This document shows positions 60,963 through 64,000 of a stretch of 64,000 nt of DNA, one piece after another. Each line of letters begins with the position of its first letter. Within the stretch, counting starts at the first letter, position 1. Made by a program: the position numbers and the translations under genes. Below the pieces are notes generated by a model. That model saw only the letters and a list, made by a program, of their open reading frames with translations, had not been told where the DNA came from and ran no database searches. Location: the NCBI GenBank assembly GCA_963827655.1, contig CAWHCF010000025.1, positions 73,189 through 137,188 of the forward strand, written 5' to 3'. This DNA is from an uncultured Acidobacteriota bacterium. Its GTDB lineage: Bacteria > Acidobacteriota > UBA6911.

Positions 60963-63602
60963 ATGACCGAACAAGTGCTCACCCCAGGAACACGCCTGGG
61001 CCCGTACGAGATCAAGGCCCTCATTGGACAGGGCGGCATGGGCGAGGTGTATCGCGCCCGTGATACGAAACTCGATCGGGACGTCGCCATCAAGATTTTG
61101 CCGGCAGGGTTTGCGACCGACCCCGATCGGCTCGCGCGTTTCGAACGCGAAGCCAAGACTCTCGCATCCCTGAATCATCCTAACATCGCTCACATTCACG
61201 GCGCCGAGGACGCGGGATCGACGCGCGCCCTCGTGATGGAGCTTGTCGAAGGCGAAGACCTGTCGCAGCGCATCGCACGCGGCCCGATGGCGCTCGCCGA
61301 AGCCCTGGCGATCGCGCGCCAGATTGCCGAGGCGATGCAGACCGCGCACGACCACGGCATCATCCATCGTGATCTAAAGCCTGCCAACGTCAAGGTAAAG
61401 GCCGACGGGACGGTCAAGATCCTCGATTTCGGCCTCGCTAAAGCAGCCGACGCACAGCCGGTGGACGACTCGCTGTCTCACTCACCAACGATGATGGCGA
61501 CCATGCCGGGCACCTTGCTCGGCACCGCGGCGTACATGTCGCCCGAGCAGGTCAAGGGCCAGACTGCCGACGCTCGATCGGATGTGTGGGCCTTCGGCTG
61601 CCTGCTGTTCGAGATGCTGACCGGCCGCCCCGCATTCGCGGCGGCGACGAGAAGCGAGATCCTGGCCAGCGTGCTCACGACGGAACCCGATTGGCGGCAT
61701 CTTCCGCCAGACACGCCCGAGTCCGTTCGACGGTTGCTCCGGCGGTGTCTGGAGAAGAATGAAACCAATCGATTGCGCTCCATCGCCGACGCGCGGCTCG
61801 AGATCGATGACGCGCAGCAGCCGGACCGCGACCCGGCGCATTCGCGGACCGCGCCACGGTCCCGCACCGAGCGGCTCGCGTGGGCAAGTCTGGTGGCGCT
61901 CCTTGGCGTTGCCGCGCTGGCATGGGGCGTGTGGTCCAGTCGACGACTTCCTGCACCGCCCGAGGTCCGATTCGACATCGCCACACCGGAAGTCGCTGAT
62001 CCATTCCTTCTCCCATCGGTCGCTCTTTCCGCAGACGGACGACAGATCCTGTTCGTCGCCGACTCGGACGGCCAGCCTCATGTCTGGTTACGAGCCATCG
62101 ACTCTGTATCGGCGCGCCCGCTGGCCGGGACCGGCGGTGCGGCTTTTCCCTTCTGGTCTCCGGATGGCCGTTCCGTTGCGTTTTATGCGGACGGCTTTCT
62201 CAAGCGGCTCGATCTCGATGGTGGCCTGGTCCGCACATTGGCAAAAGCGACGGTGGGAGTAGGCGGGACCTGGAGCCGCGACGGGGTGATTCTCTTCGTT
62301 CGCAATCCAGCGAGCGCGATCGTGCGCGTCTCGGCAGAAGGCGGTCCGGTGGTTGACGCGACACGGCTCGACGCCGGGCAGGTGGGACACTCCTTCCCCC
62401 ACTTTCTTCCCGATGGGAAGCACTTCTTGTATTACGTCGCCGCTGCCCCGGACTCGCGAGGAATCCACGTCGGGCAGCTCGACGGCTCGTCGTCGCGCCG
62501 CCTCGTCGATGCCGATGCGGGTGGTGTGTATACGAACGGCCATTTGCTGTTCATTCGACAGACCAACGTCTACGCGCAAGCGTTCGATGCCGAACGCCTC
62601 GAGTTGAGAGGGAATCCGTTTCAAATCGCCGACGGAGTCTACAGCTCCGCGGGCTGGCATTCGGTGACGCTCTCGGCGGGCCCAGCGGCGTTCGCATTTC
62701 GCACAGGTGCAGCCCGCTTCGCGCGGCAATTTACGTGGGTCGATCGATCGGGCAATCAGATCGCGACCGTGGGAGACCGTCTCGGCAACCCGGACGGAGT
62801 CTCGTACTCACCCGATCGCAGTCAACTTGTCTTCTTCGAACGGGGCGCGGCGAGCTCCGATCTCTGGATGCTCGATACCCGCCGTGGCCTCGTGAGCCGC
62901 TTCACAGACGATGCCGACGAGGACATCTTTCCGCTCTGGGCTCGCGATACCAACCGAATCATTTACACCGCGGTTCGGAACGGGCAGTGTTCCATCTACC
63001 AAAGACACACCGGCACCGGCCGTAAGGAGTTGCTGATTCCGCCCCAGACCGAAGAGACATTCACTTGTGATACCTCACCGGACGGACGTTCCCTTGTCTA
63101 TCAGCGGATGAACGCGAAAACAGGGTGGGATATCTGGGCGCTGCCGCTCGGAGGCGACGGCAAGCCGGTGCCAGTCGTTCAAACTGACGCGGACGAGCGT
63201 ACGGCGCGGCTTTCGCCGGATGGTCGATGGGTCGCCTTCGTGGCGAACACGTCGGGCGTGTTCGAGGTTTACGTACAGCCATTCCCGGGACCCGGACGGC
63301 GGTTGCAAGTCTCCACCAGGGGCGGCGATCAGCCGCAATGGCGGGCGGATGGTGCGGAGCTGTTCTATATCGCGCTCGATGGAAAACTCACGGCGACGTC
63401 AATCAAACCGGCAGCGGATCACCAATCCATCGATGTCGGTCCACCACTCCCTCTCTTTGTCGCCCAAGTCGGTTTCGTTGGTGTGCATGGGGCCAATTAC
63501 GCCCCGTCGGTCGATGGGCAGCGTTTTCTGGTAAACCGGCTCCTGCGCGATGCAGGCGGCACGCCGCTGAGGGTCGTGCTGAACTGGGGTGCCGGCCGGT
63601 AA
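60963..63602 (+). CDS. Ser/Thr protein kinase with TM helix and TolB/PD40-like beta-propeller
   Basis: GQGGMGEVY, VAIK, HRDLKPAN, DFG, YMSPEQ; SPDG repeats; VVLNW. Confidence 0.95.
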   Translation: MTEQVLTPGTRLGPYEIKALIGQGGMGEVYRARDTKLDRDVAIKILPAGFATDPDRLARFEREAKTLASLNHPNIAHIHGAEDAGSTRALVMELVEGEDLSQRIARGPMALAEALAIARQIAEAMQTAHDHGIIHRDLKPANVKVKADGTVKILDFGLAKAADAQPVDDSLSHSPTMMATMPGTLLGTAAYMSPEQVKGQTADARSDVWAFGCLLFEMLTGRPAFAAATRSEILASVLTTEPDWRHLPPDTPESVRRLLRRCLEKNETNRLRSIADARLEIDDAQQPDRDPAHSRTAPRSRTERLAWASLVALLGVAALAWGVWSSRRLPAPPEVRFDIATPEVADPFLLPSVALSADGRQILFVADSDGQPHVWLRAIDSVSARPLAGTGGAAFPFWSPDGRSVAFYADGFLKRLDLDGGLVRTLAKATVGVGGTWSRDGVILFVRNPASAIVRVSAEGGPVVDATRLDAGQVGHSFPHFLPDGKHFLYYVAAAPDSRGIHVGQLDGSSSRRLVDADAGGVYTNGHLLFIRQTNVYAQAFDAERLELRGNPFQIADGVYSSAGWHSVTLSAGPAAFAFRTGAARFARQFTWVDRSGNQIATVGDRLGNPDGVSYSPDRSQLVFFERGAASSDLWMLDTRRGLVSRFTDDADEDIFPLWARDTNRIIYTAVRNGQCSIYQRHTGTGRKELLIPPQTEETFTCDTSPDGRSLVYQRMNAKTGWDIWALPLGGDGKPVPVVQTDADERTARLSPDGRWVAFVANTSGVFEVYVQPFPGPGRRLQVSTRGGDQPQWRADGAELFYIALDGKLTATSIKPAADHQSIDVGPPLPLFVAQVGFVGVHGANYAPSVDGQRFLVNRLLRDAGGTPLRVVLNWGAGR

Positions 63603-63688
63603 CCCGCCAGCGCATCCGCCGATGGCGACGAAAGAGCTGGGCGGATATAGTGTCCCTAAGTAATCGCGGGCCGCGCGGTCTCCGGGGT

Positions 63689-63780
63689 ATGGTCGCAGAC
63701 GACGTCTCGCATTTCCACGTCCTCGAACGCCTCGGCGACGGCTACCAGGCCGAGTACACGCGGCTACGGCGTGCGAGCGG
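63689..63780 (+). pseudogene. Relic of a kinase N-terminus
   Basis: MVADDVSHFHVLERLGDG-YQAEYTRLRRA resembles ISHYRILEKLGxGGMGVVYKAEDTRLxR with GMGVV missing. Confidence 0.5.
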
Positions 63781-63812
63781 GCTACGGAACATCTTGGAAG
63801 AGGGTAAGGGCT

Positions 63813-64000
63813 ATGAAGACCATAGGGACTAATCGGGGCCGGGCACATCGGAAGCCAGCTGGCGCGACTCGGTGTCGCACACGGCTACAACGTAGTGATC
63901 AGCAACTCGCGCGGGCCAGAGACCCTGTCCGCGCTCGTCGAAGAGCTCGGACCCAAAGCGCGTGCAGCGACCGCGGCCGGCGCGGCTGAGGCGGGAGACA
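63813..64000 (+). CDS. NADPH-dependent F420 reductase-like oxidoreductase (partial; frameshift near 63825)
   Basis: MKTIG-(extra G)-LIGAGHIGSQLARL..VISNSRGPETL. Confidence 0.75.

Noticed and set aside
158-63989. Many long ORFs antisense to or overlapping the called genes (e.g. 1113-2726, 15408-17015, 25737-27260, 51256-52740, 55700-57082)
   Set aside because: Shadow ORFs of GC-rich coding sequence; no motifs, and the other frame has clear family signatures

Overview
High-GC bacterial DNA with a gene set typical of Acidobacteriota (inferred). It holds five carboxypeptidase-regulatory-domain/Oar-like TonB-dependent receptors and two divergent paralogous operons (DUF1592/1588 cytochrome c, DUF1552, ankyrin). 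It also holds an ADOP-type permease, an ammonium transporter, a TldD/PmbA pair, a Ser/Thr kinase with beta-propeller, two toxin-antitoxin modules and several small enzymes. The window is a mosaic of unrelated modules and gene relics, and many junctions carry one of four non-coding repeat families. These are an ~35-bp octamer-based ACCAC/ACNCGAAG element, an ~110-bp GCTGANN heptamer element, a TNA-targeting MITE and a REP/BIME-like palindrome composite. The best candidates for new biology are: (1) a CHAT caspase-like protease with a helical C-terminal domain next to a Macro-TIR fusion (possible immune module); (2) a tandem ANTAR-hairpin/terminator leader on amtB; (3) the repeat-delimited modular architecture; (4) a Tat-signal TldD with Asp in place of the usual Cys ligand. 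About ten genes carry single-base frameshifts, probably mostly assembly indels. No rRNA, tRNA, CRISPR array, integrase or transposase was recognised. All family assignments come from motif recognition by eye, not from database searches.
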